A stretch of DNA of 64,000 bases from Bacteroidota bacterium. GTDB taxonomy: Bacteria; Bacteroidota; Bacteroidia; AKYH767-A; JABDAW01. Positions 38,305 to 48,888 of the stretch are shown piece after piece. The notes beneath the pieces were generated by a model. The model saw nothing but the letters and a program-made list of their open reading frames with translations, made no database searches and was not told the origin of the DNA. A program made the translations under genes and the position numbers. How positions within the stretch are numbered: the first letter of the stretch is position 1; each line of letters opens with the position of its first letter. The stretch lies in NCBI GenBank assembly GCA_013288905.1, contig JABDAW010000002.1:3265-67264 (forward strand), given 5' to 3'.

Positions 38305-39420
38305 ATGGAACTGGATACAGAACTCGAAAAGCAAGAAGATTTTATCATCAATGTAGGTCCTCAACACCCCTCTACACATGGTGTCCTTCATATCAAATTG
38401 AAGATTAACGGCGAAACGATTCTTGATGTCGAGCCTCACCTCGGATACATTCATCGTTCGATAGAAAAGATGTGCGAGAGCCATACCTACAGACAGTTTA
38501 TTTATGTTACCAGCCGCATGGATTATCTCTCCTCGCATATCAATAATGAATGCTGCGCGCTGGCTGTCGAGAAAGGTTTGCAAGTTGAAGTTCCACCAAG
38601 GGCTAAGGTCATCAGGATATTGATGGCAGAGCTTACCCGCCTGGCATCCCATCAATTGTGGTGGGGCTGCACTGGGCTTGATCTGGGAGCTATCACGCCT
38701 TTCTTCCATGCCTTCCGCGAGCGCGAAATGATTAACGAAATCATGGAAAAGACCTGTGGTGCACGCCTGACTATGAACTATATGGTTCCAGGTGGAGTGA
38801 TGATAGATTTGCACCCTGATTTCCAGAAAGATGTGAAGAATTTTATTAAAGAATTCAAAGGAAAGATACATGAATATAGTGACCTGCTGACGGGTAATAT
38901 AATCTTTGAGCAACGGACCAAGGGCGTAGGACTTTTATCTAAAGAAGATGCCTTGTCTTATGGTTGTAGCGGTCCTGTGGCGCGGGCTTCAGGATTGAGC
39001 TGTGATGTCAGGAAATGGTATCCTTATGATGGTTACGAGAATGTTGAATTCGATGAAGTCCTTCGCACCGAAGGCGATTGTTATGCCCGATACCTGGTGC
39101 GGATGGATGAGATGAAGCAATCCATGCGCATCATTGAGCAATTGATAGATAATATCCCGGAAGGAGAGTTTCAGGCGAAGACCAAAGCTGTTATTAAATT
39201 GCCCAAAGGAGAATTCTATCAACGCGTGGAAACTGCTCGCGGCGAACTGGGTCTTTATATCGTCAGTGAAGGCGGCACGACCCCTTATCGCATCAAGTTT
39301 CGTTCTCCGGGTTTCTCCAATTTATCTGTTCTAAAACATTTATGTGTTGGTGGTAAGATTGCTGACCTGGTTACTAATATGGCACTTCTTGACTTGGTAA
39401 TCCCGGATATTGACAGGTAG
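38305..39420 (+). CDS. nuoD: NADH-quinone oxidoreductase subunit D (49-kDa subunit)
   Basis: INVGPQHPSTHGVLH...HLGYIHRSIEK and C-terminal ...VIPDIDR are diagnostic of NuoD/Nqo4. No other nuo genes are adjacent. Confidence 0.85.
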   Translation: MELDTELEKQEDFIINVGPQHPSTHGVLHIKLKINGETILDVEPHLGYIHRSIEKMCESHTYRQFIYVTSRMDYLSSHINNECCALAVEKGLQVEVPPRAKVIRILMAELTRLASHQLWWGCTGLDLGAITPFFHAFREREMINEIMEKTCGARLTMNYMVPGGVMIDLHPDFQKDVKNFIKEFKGKIHEYSDLLTGNIIFEQRTKGVGLLSKEDALSYGCSGPVARASGLSCDVRKWYPYDGYENVEFDEVLRTEGDCYARYLVRMDEMKQSMRIIEQLIDNIPEGEFQAKTKAVIKLPKGEFYQRVETARGELGLYIVSEGGTTPYRIKFRSPGFSNLSVLKHLCVGGKIADLVTNMALLDLVIPDIDR

Positions 39421-39497
39421 AATAATTATAGTTTTATTATTCCGGTCTTGCTATTTATATAAATTTCATTGATACTATTTTCTTTAATTTTGCAGCG

Positions 39498-40064
39498 ATG
39501 ATAAAGCATAAAATAATCATTGCTGCCACTGGTGCCAGCGGTGCCATATATACAAAGGTTTTGTTTGATAAATTATCCATTTTAAAAGATCAGATAGAAG
39601 ATGTCGGAGTTATATTGTCAGACAATGCAAAAGAGGTCTGGAGATATGAATTAGGTAATTCGGATTATGAAAATATTTCCTTCAAAGTTTATGATAAAAA
39701 TGATTTCCATGCACCTTTTGCATCAGGTTCGGCAAGGTATAAGACAATGATAGTATGTCCTTGTTCTATGGGAACTTTAGCACGGATTGCTTCTGGAATT
39801 TCTAATGATTTATTGACCCGTGCTGCCGATGTTATCCTTAAGGAGAGAAGAAAATTAATTCTTGTTACGAGGGATACTCCACTGAGTTTAATTCACATTA
39901 ATAATATGAAAACAATTGCTGAAGCCGGAGGAATAATAAGCCCTGCTTCTCCTTCATTCTACAGCAAACCTGCTACATTTGAAGACCTTGCATCAACAGT
40001 AATTGACAGGGTTTTAGACTTGGCAGGATTTGAATTAAATTCCTTTCGATGGAATGAAAAATAA
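39498..40064 (+). CDS. ubiX: Flavin prenyltransferase UbiX
   Basis: KIIIAATGASGAIYTKVL and the conserved flavoprotein fold, ~188 aa. Confidence 0.8.
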   Translation: MIKHKIIIAATGASGAIYTKVLFDKLSILKDQIEDVGVILSDNAKEVWRYELGNSDYENISFKVYDKNDFHAPFASGSARYKTMIVCPCSMGTLARIASGISNDLLTRAADVILKERRKLILVTRDTPLSLIHINNMKTIAEAGGIISPASPSFYSKPATFEDLASTVIDRVLDLAGFELNSFRWNEK

Positions 40065-40293
40065 TTTTTATATATTTGCGTTCTGGAACCCACATGTTTT
40101 AAACCAATATTTTTAACCATTATGTTTGAATACACTAAGCAAATCCTTTTGAAAGTCAGTTTCGACAAAGTTTTGTTCCGTAAAGAATTGCTCAAAGCAA
40201 TAGAGTTTATGAAGAATGATGAAAAACATTTATTAAAAATCTGGTGCCTTACCACTTTCGGACATCATTACCACGATATAATAATGGAAGTAT

Positions 40294-41229
40294 TTAAGAA
40301 GATCTCTTAATAAAATCAAGGTTTCTTTTTAATCCATTATAACCCGTTCTTCTTATTGCAGAATCTGCAAAGATTTTATTGAAGATATCTTCCGTAATTT
40401 CTTCCCATTCATGTTTATTCATTTTTAAGACTTGTTCATTGATGAATTCAGGGGTTTTATGAGGTTTTGAGAAACGATTCCAGGGGCAAACATCCTGACA
40501 TATATCACAACCAAATGCCCAATCCTCAAATTTTCCGGCTACTTCATTTGGAATAGCATCTTTCAATTCAATAGTGAAATAAGAAATACACTTGCTTCCA
40601 TCAACTGCATAAGGCGCAACGATTGCATCTGTCGGGCAGGCATCAATACATCTTGTACAGGTGCCACAATACTCTTGAACAGGGACATCATAATCTAATT
40701 CCAGATCAATGATTAATTCGGCAATGAAAAAAAATGACCCTATGTTTTTATTTAATAAATTGGAGTTCTTCCCTATCCATCCTAAGCCAGCTTTTGCAGC
40801 CCAGGCTTTATCCAAAACAGGTGCCGAATCAACGAAAGCTCTTCCGTTTACTTCCCCTATATTTGTTTTGATGAAAGATAAAAGGTCCTTTAGTTTCTCT
40901 TTTATTACCAGGTGGTAATCTCTTCCATAAGCATACTTTGAAATCTTAAAAGCATCTTCATTTTGTTGTTGTGAAGGATAATAATTCAATAATAGAGAAA
41001 CAACCGACTTTGCCCCATCAACCAATAATCTTGGGTCTAATCGTTTATCAAAATGATTCTCCATATAGGACATTTTACCATGCATATCATTTAATAACCA
41101 TTGTTCTAGCCTTGGTGCTTCATCTTCAAGAAAATCAGCCTTTGCAATTCCGCAATAATCAAAGCCAAGACGAATAGCTTCCTCTTTAATTGATTGAGAA
41201 TATTTTGCTTGGGAACTTATTTTATTCAT
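40294..41229 (-). CDS. queG: Epoxyqueuosine reductase
   Basis: Two 4Fe-4S ferredoxin motifs ([23 protein letters not shown]) in the QueG context. Likely start MNKISSQ at 41229. Confidence 0.8.
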   Translation of the reverse strand: MNKISSQAKYSQSIKEEAIRLGFDYCGIAKADFLEDEAPRLEQWLLNDMHGKMSYMENHFDKRLDPRLLVDGAKSVVSLLLNYYPSQQQNEDAFKISKYAYGRDYHLVIKEKLKDLLSFIKTNIGEVNGRAFVDSAPVLDKAWAAKAGLGWIGKNSNLLNKNIGSFFFIAELIIDLELDYDVPVQEYCGTCTRCIDACPTDAIVAPYAVDGSKCISYFTIELKDAIPNEVAGKFEDWAFGCDICQDVCPWNRFSKPHKTPEFINEQVLKMNKHEWEEITEDIFNKIFADSAIRRTGYNGLKRNLDFIKRSS

Positions 41230-41304
41230 ATTGGCTTCAAGATTAGTATAGCATGATAAATAATAGACAAAAAAAATCCTGCAATTGCAGGAAGATTTTT
41301 TCAA

Positions 41305-41393
<89 letters not shown>

Positions 41394-41556
41394 GGCGGCA
41401 AAACTACAATAATTTATGATAATGCAAAAAAAGGTTGAATGATTTCATTAATCAACATGAGATTTATTATCATTGTTGATCAAGAAAAGATTCAAATTTT
41501 TCATAAAAAGGTAAGTAAACATAGGAATATTCCTAGTTCCCCACCTTGACAATCTA

Positions 41557-43011
41557 TTAGTAGTAAGTAAGTCGAACAACATTTGCCAGATGTTTCGCAA
41601 AGCGAACAACCTGCCTGCTATAGCCATATTCATTATCATACCAAATGTAAAGAACAATGCTTTTCTTGTCCTTTGAAACAATGGTAGCAGGACTATCAAC
41701 TATGCAAGCACAGGGATTTCCAACCAAATCAGAAGAAACCAATTCATTGGAATAGGAATACTGAATCTGTTCCACCAAATCCCCTATTAATGCAGCATCT
41801 TTAAGAACCTGATTAACTTCTTCTTTTGTCACTTCCCTGCCAACTGTAAGGTTTAAAATAGCAAGAGAAACATCTGGTGTAGGAACCCGAACGGCATTAC
41901 CGGTAAGCTTTCCGGATAGGTTGGGAAGTACCTTTGAAACTGCCTTATCTGCACCGGTTTCGGTGATGACCATATTCAAAGCAGCAGCTCTTCCCCGGCG
42001 ATATTTGTCATGATAATTATCCAATAAGTTTTGGTCATTAGTATAAGCATGAATGGTTTCAAGATGCCCCTTGGAAATACCTAATTTCTCATCAATAACT
42101 TTCAATATCGGAACGATAGCATTAGTAGTGCAGGATGCAGCAGAGAAAACGGTTTCTTCTTTATCAAATTGTGTATGATTAACTCCATGAACGATATTTG
42201 GAATATCTCCTTTGCCGGGAGCAGTCAACAGAACCTTGCTAATACCTTTTGATTTTAGATGCCTGCACAAGCCTTCTCTGTCACGCGCAATACCAGTGCT
42301 ATCAATCAAAAGCGCATCCGAGATTTCATATTTGGTATAGTCAATTTCATCGGGATTCTTTGCAGCAATCATGTGAATTGTATGACCATTTACAATGATA
42401 GCTTTATTTGCCAAGTCTTCAATAACATTACCTGGGAAGGGACCATGAACTGAATCATTGCGCAATAAATCCGCTCGTTTAATAATCGTGTCGTCACTGT
42501 TATCACGAGTCACAATCGCTTTGAGACGAAGCTGTTCTCCCTTTCCTGCCTGGGAAACAAGCTCACGTGCAACCAATCTTCCAATTCTTCCAAAGCCATA
42601 AAGAACAACATCTTTAGGAACCAAAACACGTTTGTCCTGACCTATGTGGTTACTCATTTTATCTTTTACAAAAGCTTTCGCACTATCATACTTTCCTTGC
42701 TCTTTGAGCCATTCAGCACCAAGACGACCAATGTCAATTCGTGAAGGTGCCATGTCTAATTCATAAATTTCCTTAGCCAATAACAAGGTATCCTGGACTT
42801 GTATCGGTTGATTAATAATGTTCTTGGCATAGAGATGCAGTTTAAGGATTTCCGTGGCACTTCTATCCACCATTTGATTCCGGAAAATGATTAATTCCAC
42901 CGACTTATCAAACCATAGATTCCCTATCACATGGATCAATTCAATTGCAGATTTCTCATACCCGATCCACTCTTTCAATTCAGTTTCATACTTACTTTTT
43001 GTTTCAATCAT
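41557..43011 (-). CDS. Glyceraldehyde-3-phosphate dehydrogenase family protein with a ~130-aa N-terminal extension
   Basis: GFGRIGRLVAR (NAD binding), ASCTTNAIVP (catalytic Cys) and further GAPDH motifs. Total 484 aa versus ~335 for canonical GapA. Confidence 0.7.
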   Translation of the reverse strand: MIETKSKYETELKEWIGYEKSAIELIHVIGNLWFDKSVELIIFRNQMVDRSATEILKLHLYAKNIINQPIQVQDTLLLAKEIYELDMAPSRIDIGRLGAEWLKEQGKYDSAKAFVKDKMSNHIGQDKRVLVPKDVVLYGFGRIGRLVARELVSQAGKGEQLRLKAIVTRDNSDDTIIKRADLLRNDSVHGPFPGNVIEDLANKAIIVNGHTIHMIAAKNPDEIDYTKYEISDALLIDSTGIARDREGLCRHLKSKGISKVLLTAPGKGDIPNIVHGVNHTQFDKEETVFSAASCTTNAIVPILKVIDEKLGISKGHLETIHAYTNDQNLLDNYHDKYRRGRAAALNMVITETGADKAVSKVLPNLSGKLTGNAVRVPTPDVSLAILNLTVGREVTKEEVNQVLKDAALIGDLVEQIQYSYSNELVSSDLVGNPCACIVDSPATIVSKDKKSIVLYIWYDNEYGYSRQVVRFAKHLANVVRLTYY

Positions 43012-43131
43012 TACTATATTTATTTATTTAATTTCCTATAAAAACAAAAGACGCAAGGTCGCTTGCGTCTTTTAATTATTTTAAACATTGAGAGACTTTT
43101 TAAGCCCCGCAAAATTAGCTAAATTTTGGTA

Positions 43132-43995
43132 TTATCCAAGATATGCTTTCAAGAGATTGCTCCTTGATTTATGTCTTAATCTCCTGATAGCCTTTTCTTT
43201 GATCTGGCGTACACGTTCTTTGGTCAGATTAAACTTCAAAGCAATCTCTTCCAATGTCAAGCCTACAGGAATTCCCAAGCCATAAAACAATTTGACAATC
43301 TCGCTTTCTTTATCAGTTAAGGTACTTAAAGAACGATCAATTTCATCACGAAGAGATTCGGTCATTAACAGGTTATCAGTATCAGGAGTATCTTCGTTCT
43401 CAAGAATATCTCCCAAAGAATTTTCTTCTCCCAAAACAAATGGCGCATCCATAGAGACAGACCTACCTGAAACACGCATCGTATCAAAGACTTTATCCAC
43501 AGGCATTTCCAATAAATCACTTATCTCATCAGGTGTAGGCTCGCGCTCAAATTCCTGTTCCAATCTTGAAAAAGCTTTGTTGACTTTATTGATATTCCCA
43601 ACCTGATTTAATGGCAAGCGAATGATACGGCTTTGCTCTGCCAGAGCCTGAAGCACGGACTGACGAATCCACCAGACAGCATAAGAAATAAATTTAAAAC
43701 CGCGTGTCTCATCGAACCTTTGAGCGGCTTTTATCAGACCTATATTTCCTTCATTAATAAGGTCAGGAAGGCTTAATCCCTGGTTCTGGTATTGCTTTGC
43801 AACAGATACCACGAAGCGAAGATTTGCCTTGACCAACCTGTCCAAAGCTACCTGATCGCCTTCACGAATCTTCTTTGTCAGAAGAGCTTCTTCATCGGCA
43901 TTAACCATAACTTCCTTGCCAATCTCCTGAAGATACTTCTCAAGAGCTAAACTCTCCCGATTCGTTATCGTCTTTTGAATTTTTAGTTGTCTCAT
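43132..43995 (-). CDS. rpoD: Primary RNA polymerase sigma factor (sigma-70 / SigA)
   Basis: Regions 1.2-4 all present (..[11 protein letters not shown].., ..[28 protein letters not shown]..). The ~287-aa length is typical of Bacteroidota SigA. Confidence 0.9.
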   Translation of the reverse strand: MRQLKIQKTITNRESLALEKYLQEIGKEVMVNADEEALLTKKIREGDQVALDRLVKANLRFVVSVAKQYQNQGLSLPDLINEGNIGLIKAAQRFDETRGFKFISYAVWWIRQSVLQALAEQSRIIRLPLNQVGNINKVNKAFSRLEQEFEREPTPDEISDLLEMPVDKVFDTMRVSGRSVSMDAPFVLGEENSLGDILENEDTPDTDNLLMTESLRDEIDRSLSTLTDKESEIVKLFYGLGIPVGLTLEEIALKFNLTKERVRQIKEKAIRRLRHKSRSNLLKAYLG

Positions 43996-44076
43996 ACTTT
44001 TATAATTATTATGTAAAGTTACGAAGAAAAAATGATTCGACCAAATAAAATTTCAAAAGTTTTCAACATTTTCTTT

Positions 44077-45537
44077 TTAAAGTCCAAATCCATAGTAGGC
44101 ACGCATCCCATTCGGATAGACGCCTTCTATAAGAACACCGTCCTTTTTATTTTGCAATGCATCAACCAAATCTTCGGTACTTCTTATCTCTTTATGGTCA
44201 ATGCTTGTAACGATGAAACCCTCATGAATACCGGCATTGCGGAACTTACCCCCATTTAATTTCTGAATTTTCACTCCTCCATTAAGACCCAATTTATTTT
44301 GCTCCTCAGGTGTGACATTAGTAAACTGACAATCCATAAAAGATACAGGAGAATTCTTCTCAACTTTTACAAGCTCGGTATTGTTATTTTTATTCTTCAA
44401 AATCATCGTCAGATTCTTTTCTGAATCACCACGAAGAATCGTTACAGTTGCCTTATCTCCCGGGCGAAAGCGACCTATTTGTTCCTGTAATTCAGAAGAA
44501 GAATTGACAGCAACATCACCTACTTTAAGAATGATATCGCCTTCCTTCATTCCTGCTTCCTGGGCAGAGCCTCCATCGCTTAATCCCGCCACATAGACAC
44601 CTTTAATTTGTTTGATACCTTTTTCTTCCGCAAGCTTAGAGTCAAGATCACGGATACTCACGCCAATAAAGGCTCTCTGCACAGTACCATACTCCAATAA
44701 ATCCCCGATAACCTTCTTTACAATATTAACAGGAATGGCAAACGAATAGCCTGCATAAGACCCTGTATTGGATGCGATGGCAGAGTTGATTCCTATCAGT
44801 TCTCCATTGGTATTAACGAGCGCACCGCCACTGTTTCCGGGGTTCACGGCAGCATCTGTCTGAATGTAGGATTCGATCTTTCGGTCTCCTTTTAATATAT
44901 CAATATTCCTTCCTTTGGCACTGATGATTCCGGCAGTAACAGTGGAGGTAAGATTGAATGGATTACCTACTGCCAACACCCATTGACCTACTTTCACATC
45001 ATCAGAATTACCATAGACAATGTATGGCAAATTCTTCTCGTCAATCTTCAGCAAAGCCAGGTCAGTAGAGGGATCCCGACCAATTACCTTGGCGGTGTAT
45101 TCACGCTTGTCATTAAGGGTAATAGAAACTTTTTCGGCATTCTCAATGACATGATTATTGGTTGCGATATACCCGTCATCAGAGATGATAACTCCCGAAC
45201 CACTTGCTTCTACTTCTCGCTGTGGCTGCTGATATTGAGGGCTTCCAAAGAGTCCTCCCCAGGGATCATTAAATTGAAACGGATTACCGAAACTCTTTTG
45301 TTCATAGGCAGTCTTGACATGCACGACAGCATGAACAGTGAGGTCGGCAGCATGGACGAAATCATTGGCAACCTCGGGAGGTGGAGGAGTTAAATTTGTG
45401 AAATGCGCAGGAACATCTCCTGCATAATGAACATACACCGGATGCTTGTCAGTCAACTTAAATACTTCAGCCCCAGTGAAACCAGCAATGCCCGCTATGA
45501 GGACAATTGCGACATACTTCTTAATTACTTTTAACAT
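44077..45537 (-). CDS. Do/DegP/HtrA family periplasmic serine endoprotease with PDZ domains
   Basis: Catalytic triad context (..ATNNHVI.., ..DLALLKI.., GNSGGALVN) plus two PDZ-like segments. Confidence 0.85.
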   Translation of the reverse strand: MLKVIKKYVAIVLIAGIAGFTGAEVFKLTDKHPVYVHYAGDVPAHFTNLTPPPPEVANDFVHAADLTVHAVVHVKTAYEQKSFGNPFQFNDPWGGLFGSPQYQQPQREVEASGSGVIISDDGYIATNNHVIENAEKVSITLNDKREYTAKVIGRDPSTDLALLKIDEKNLPYIVYGNSDDVKVGQWVLAVGNPFNLTSTVTAGIISAKGRNIDILKGDRKIESYIQTDAAVNPGNSGGALVNTNGELIGINSAIASNTGSYAGYSFAIPVNIVKKVIGDLLEYGTVQRAFIGVSIRDLDSKLAEEKGIKQIKGVYVAGLSDGGSAQEAGMKEGDIILKVGDVAVNSSSELQEQIGRFRPGDKATVTILRGDSEKNLTMILKNKNNNTELVKVEKNSPVSFMDCQFTNVTPEEQNKLGLNGGVKIQKLNGGKFRNAGIHEGFIVTSIDHKEIRSTEDLVDALQNKKDGVLIEGVYPNGMRAYYGFGL

Positions 45538-46000
45538 GATTTTATTTATTTAATTATTATTGTTTGTAAAATTTACCAAGTCTGATTTATCAAATTTTAT
45601 GCCAGCAAACGCTGTGACATTTTAAAGAAATTCTTGTACTAAATTTGTCAAATAATAAGTATTAAATAATGACATTTTTTCAATGCCTGTTGTTGTTCTA
45701 TATTTGTTAAAACGATTCATGATTTGAATTATTTTATGAAGCGGGTTAAGGGTTGGTTAATTCACTTAATCTTTTTTTACCTTTGATTAATTCAAAAAAT
45801 ATTATAAAATCTACAATAAGCCAACAAGATTAAAAATAACCCTCCACACTTCCCTAATTTTTTTTAAGAAAAGCATTTTATTGAATTAATGCTTTTCACT
45901 TTCAATAGGCTTTAAGAAACCGGAAGGCATCACCGAATTTAATCCTTGATGAATTTTCAAAGGACTTCATTCAAGGCATAATCTGGTGCCAAATCTTCTT

Positions 46001-47074
46001 TTATGCCCCAACTCCTTCCTTCAACCGTTCTGCATTATCAGCTAATTGAAGGGCATCAATAAACTCTTGAACGTCGCCATCCATAAAGTTGGGGAGGTTA
46101 TAGGTAGAGATGCCGATACGATGATCAGTAACGCGGCTTTGAGGGTAATTATAAGTCCGAATTTTCGCTGAGCGATCACCGGTAGAAACCATTAGTTTAC
46201 GTTTTTTGGATTGCTCTTCCATGCGCTTGTTAAATTCCACTTCATAGATACGGGAACGAAGCACTTCCAAAGCCATATCATAGTTTTTCATCTGTGATTT
46301 TTGATCCTGGCATTGGGCGATGATACCGGTAGGAATATGGGTCAATCGAACAGCAGATTTAGTGGTATTTACAGACTGCCCTCCAGGTCCTGATGAACAG
46401 AAAACATCTCTCCGAATATCCGATTCCTTCAAGTCCACATCATATTCATCAGCTTCCGGCATCACTACAACAGTAGCGGCAGAAGTATGTACCCGACCCA
46501 TTGTTTCGGTATCTGGAACGCGCTGCACACGATGCACGCCGGATTCATATTTCATCTGACCATAAGCTTTATCTCCAATGACATTAAAGATAATTTCCTT
46601 GAATCCGCCAGCAGTACCCTGGGTGAAATCTATCAACTCCAGTTTCCAGCCTTTATTTTCACAAAAGCGGGTGTACATTCGATACAAATCCCCGGCAAAA
46701 ATACTTGCTTCATCGCCACCTGTACCGGCTCTTATTTCCACAATGGCATTCTTGGAATCTTCAGGGTCGGCTGGGATTAATAACTGACGGATTTCATTCT
46801 CCATCCTGTCTCTTGTAGCGGTAAGTTCGTCATATTCCATCTGTGCCATCTCTCTAAATTCCTCATCCTTTTCCGTTGCCAGCACACTTTTGGCACTATC
46901 AATATTATGCATCACATTCCGATAGATATAATAGACATCGACAATTTCCTTGAGGTCTTTATATTCCTTATTCAGTGAAGCATACCGCTTCATATCCTCC
47001 ATAATATTGGGATTGATCAACTCCTTTTCCACTTCCTTCCAGCGGTCTTCAATAGCTTTTAATTTATCTAACAT
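46001..47074 (-). CDS. prfA: Peptide chain release factor 1
   Basis: GGQ motif (GGQSVNTT), RF1-type tripeptide region (RVQRVPDTE), 357 aa with no programmed frameshift. Confidence 0.85.
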   Translation of the reverse strand: MLDKLKAIEDRWKEVEKELINPNIMEDMKRYASLNKEYKDLKEIVDVYYIYRNVMHNIDSAKSVLATEKDEEFREMAQMEYDELTATRDRMENEIRQLLIPADPEDSKNAIVEIRAGTGGDEASIFAGDLYRMYTRFCENKGWKLELIDFTQGTAGGFKEIIFNVIGDKAYGQMKYESGVHRVQRVPDTETMGRVHTSAATVVVMPEADEYDVDLKESDIRRDVFCSSGPGGQSVNTTKSAVRLTHIPTGIIAQCQDQKSQMKNYDMALEVLRSRIYEVEFNKRMEEQSKKRKLMVSTGDRSAKIRTYNYPQSRVTDHRIGISTYNLPNFMDGDVQEFIDALQLADNAERLKEGVGA

Positions 47075-47387
47075 CTTATCTTATTTTCGGCTGCAAAATT
47101 AAGCATTTTCGGGGAAAGGGAAATTAATCGAATATTGTTCTTCTTCCTTATTTTTTGCGACAATATATATAAGAATCCTGATTCACTTTCCCAAAATATG
47201 AAACCATTCTTCTATATCAAATGTCAGTACGCGTATCTTTTCATTCATCGGGTGCGAAATTAGGGAAAAATAGGTTAGGGCAAAGGTATCGAGGGAATTT
47301 TCTGGTCGTGGAGTAAGAATGATTGGATGATAAATGTGAAATTATGGAGTAACCATTGGATTCTAAAGGAGTGACCATTTCATTTTC

Positions 47388-47647
47388 GGAGGTGCGAGGA
47401 CGATTTTCGCGAGAGAAAGTGCGATTTTCTGGGGAACGAGAACGATTTTCTTGGATGTGAGTACGATTTTCGGACATGCGAGATGGGATTTTCATGAGTG
47501 CGAGTACGATTTTCCGAGGTGCGAGTACGATTTTCTTTGATGCGAGTATGATAATCCAAGGTACGAGGACGATTTTCGGAGGTGCGAGGTGGGATTTTCT
47601 TGGGTGCGAGTATGGTTTTCTTGAATGTGAGAACGATTTTCTTGGGC
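47388..47647. repeat. 21-bp-period tandem array (gaggtgcgagtacgattttcg-type, ~12 units)
   Basis: Direct reading. The ORFs 47241-47660 and 47476-47736 are artefacts. Confidence 0.85.
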
Positions 47648-47796
47648 GTTTTTTCAGCATTTGCGCTATAACGATGAAAAATAGGGGGTATAGTGGTATT
47701 TTGGTTTTGAAGGGAATTGATGAATTTAGGGGTTAAATTGGGAAATCAATGGAAATCGATGTTTTTTACTCCTATCGTAGAATTCTTTCATAATTC

Positions 47797-47968
47797 AGTC
47801 CCAGAGGGACGAACTTTTGGTATTAATAATAACATAACAATGCCTATTAAAGTCCCAGCGGGACGACCTTTCATATTAGTCAGGATTTATTGTCAAAAGG
47901 TCGCCCCTTTGGGACTTAATTCTTTTTCATGAGCAATTTATTACCAAAAGACTGTCCCTCCGGGACTT
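47797..47968. repeat. Cluster of four ~28-bp GTCCC-N3-GGGAC hairpin motifs, two forward and two inverted
   Basis: agtcccagagggacgaacttttggtatta; agtcccagcgggacgacctttcatatta; aaaaggtcgcccctttgggactt; taccaaaagactgtccctccgggactt. Confidence 0.7.
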
Positions 47969-48147
47969 TCATTAAACTTTTAACAGAACAATTATGAAAG
48001 AAGTCTAGTATAGGAGAGGATTCTTTTAAGGGTTTTGGAATGGTATTCAAAAAGGGAAAATTATACAGGATATGTGGGTGTGATGGAATAATAGACATTT
48101 TACAGTTATTTATCTTTGTATCATTAAATGAAAAAAAAATGTCATCT

Positions 48148-48870
48148 CTATAAATTTCTGTAAACAATATAAACCGCGATTACGAACATTATACTTCCCA
48201 GTAATTTGAGGTATAAACTTGTTTTGGGGAAGAGATAAAGTTTACTTATCTTTGCTTTAATTGGCGAATATAATTTGTAAAGGACAAGCAATGAAAAGGT
48301 GATTCCAAGGAAACTTCCGGCAAGTATATCGCCCAGGAAATGAACACCAAGATAGACCCGGGTGTATATAATCAGTATGGCAAATAAACTTAAAACTAAT
48401 AAAAACAGGCGGCTTTTACGACGATATGCAAATGCTACAATGGTGAATACACTTGCTATTGTGGTGCTATGACCCGATGGAAAGGCGTCATCGCGTAATA
48501 CATAGTTTTTTAAATAATGTATTGGTGGATTTAATTGATTAAATACAACGAAAGGACGACTCCAGGAACCAAAAAAATTGATCTTAAGAAATTGCACCAT
48601 TAATCCTGATAAAATTACAGAGATAATAGCACAGGAAAGAAGGTCGAGTTTGTCTTTTTGCCATACCAATGCAAGGATGGAAATTATCATTAAACCATTG
48701 CCTATATGAGTAAGGAGAAATAGCGGGAAGTCAAGCCAGGTAAGGTAATGACTGTTGAGGAGAAGAAAACTACCCTTGTAACCTTTGAAAATCAAAAGCA
48801 TCATTCCCGCTATCCAAAAGAGAATAATAGGATAGAAAAACCAAATGAAATTATTCTTTTCTTTGTTCAA
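48148..48870 (-). CDS. PAP2 family phosphatase (phosphatidic acid phosphatase type 2 / undecaprenyl-PP phosphatase-like)
   Basis: PAP2 motifs KxxxxxxRP-like, PSGHST, and LGVHFLGDILAG in a six-TM protein. Confidence 0.75.
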   Translation of the reverse strand: MNKEKNNFIWFFYPIILFWIAGMMLLIFKGYKGSFLLLNSHYLTWLDFPLFLLTHIGNGLMIISILALVWQKDKLDLLSCAIISVILSGLMVQFLKINFFGSWSRPFVVFNQLNPPIHYLKNYVLRDDAFPSGHSTTIASVFTIVAFAYRRKSRLFLLVLSLFAILIIYTRVYLGVHFLGDILAGSFLGITFSLLVLYKLYSPIKAKISKLYLFPKTSLYLKLLGSIMFVIAVYIVYRNL

Positions 48871-48888
48871 GATAAAAGTCTGGATTTA

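Noticed and set aside
41229-41304. N-terminal 25 codons of the queG ORF overlapping the region next to tRNA-Ser
   Set aside because: The extension ([19 protein letters not shown]...) is Cys-rich junk encoded by the tRNA-proximal spacer. Start reassigned to MNKISSQ.
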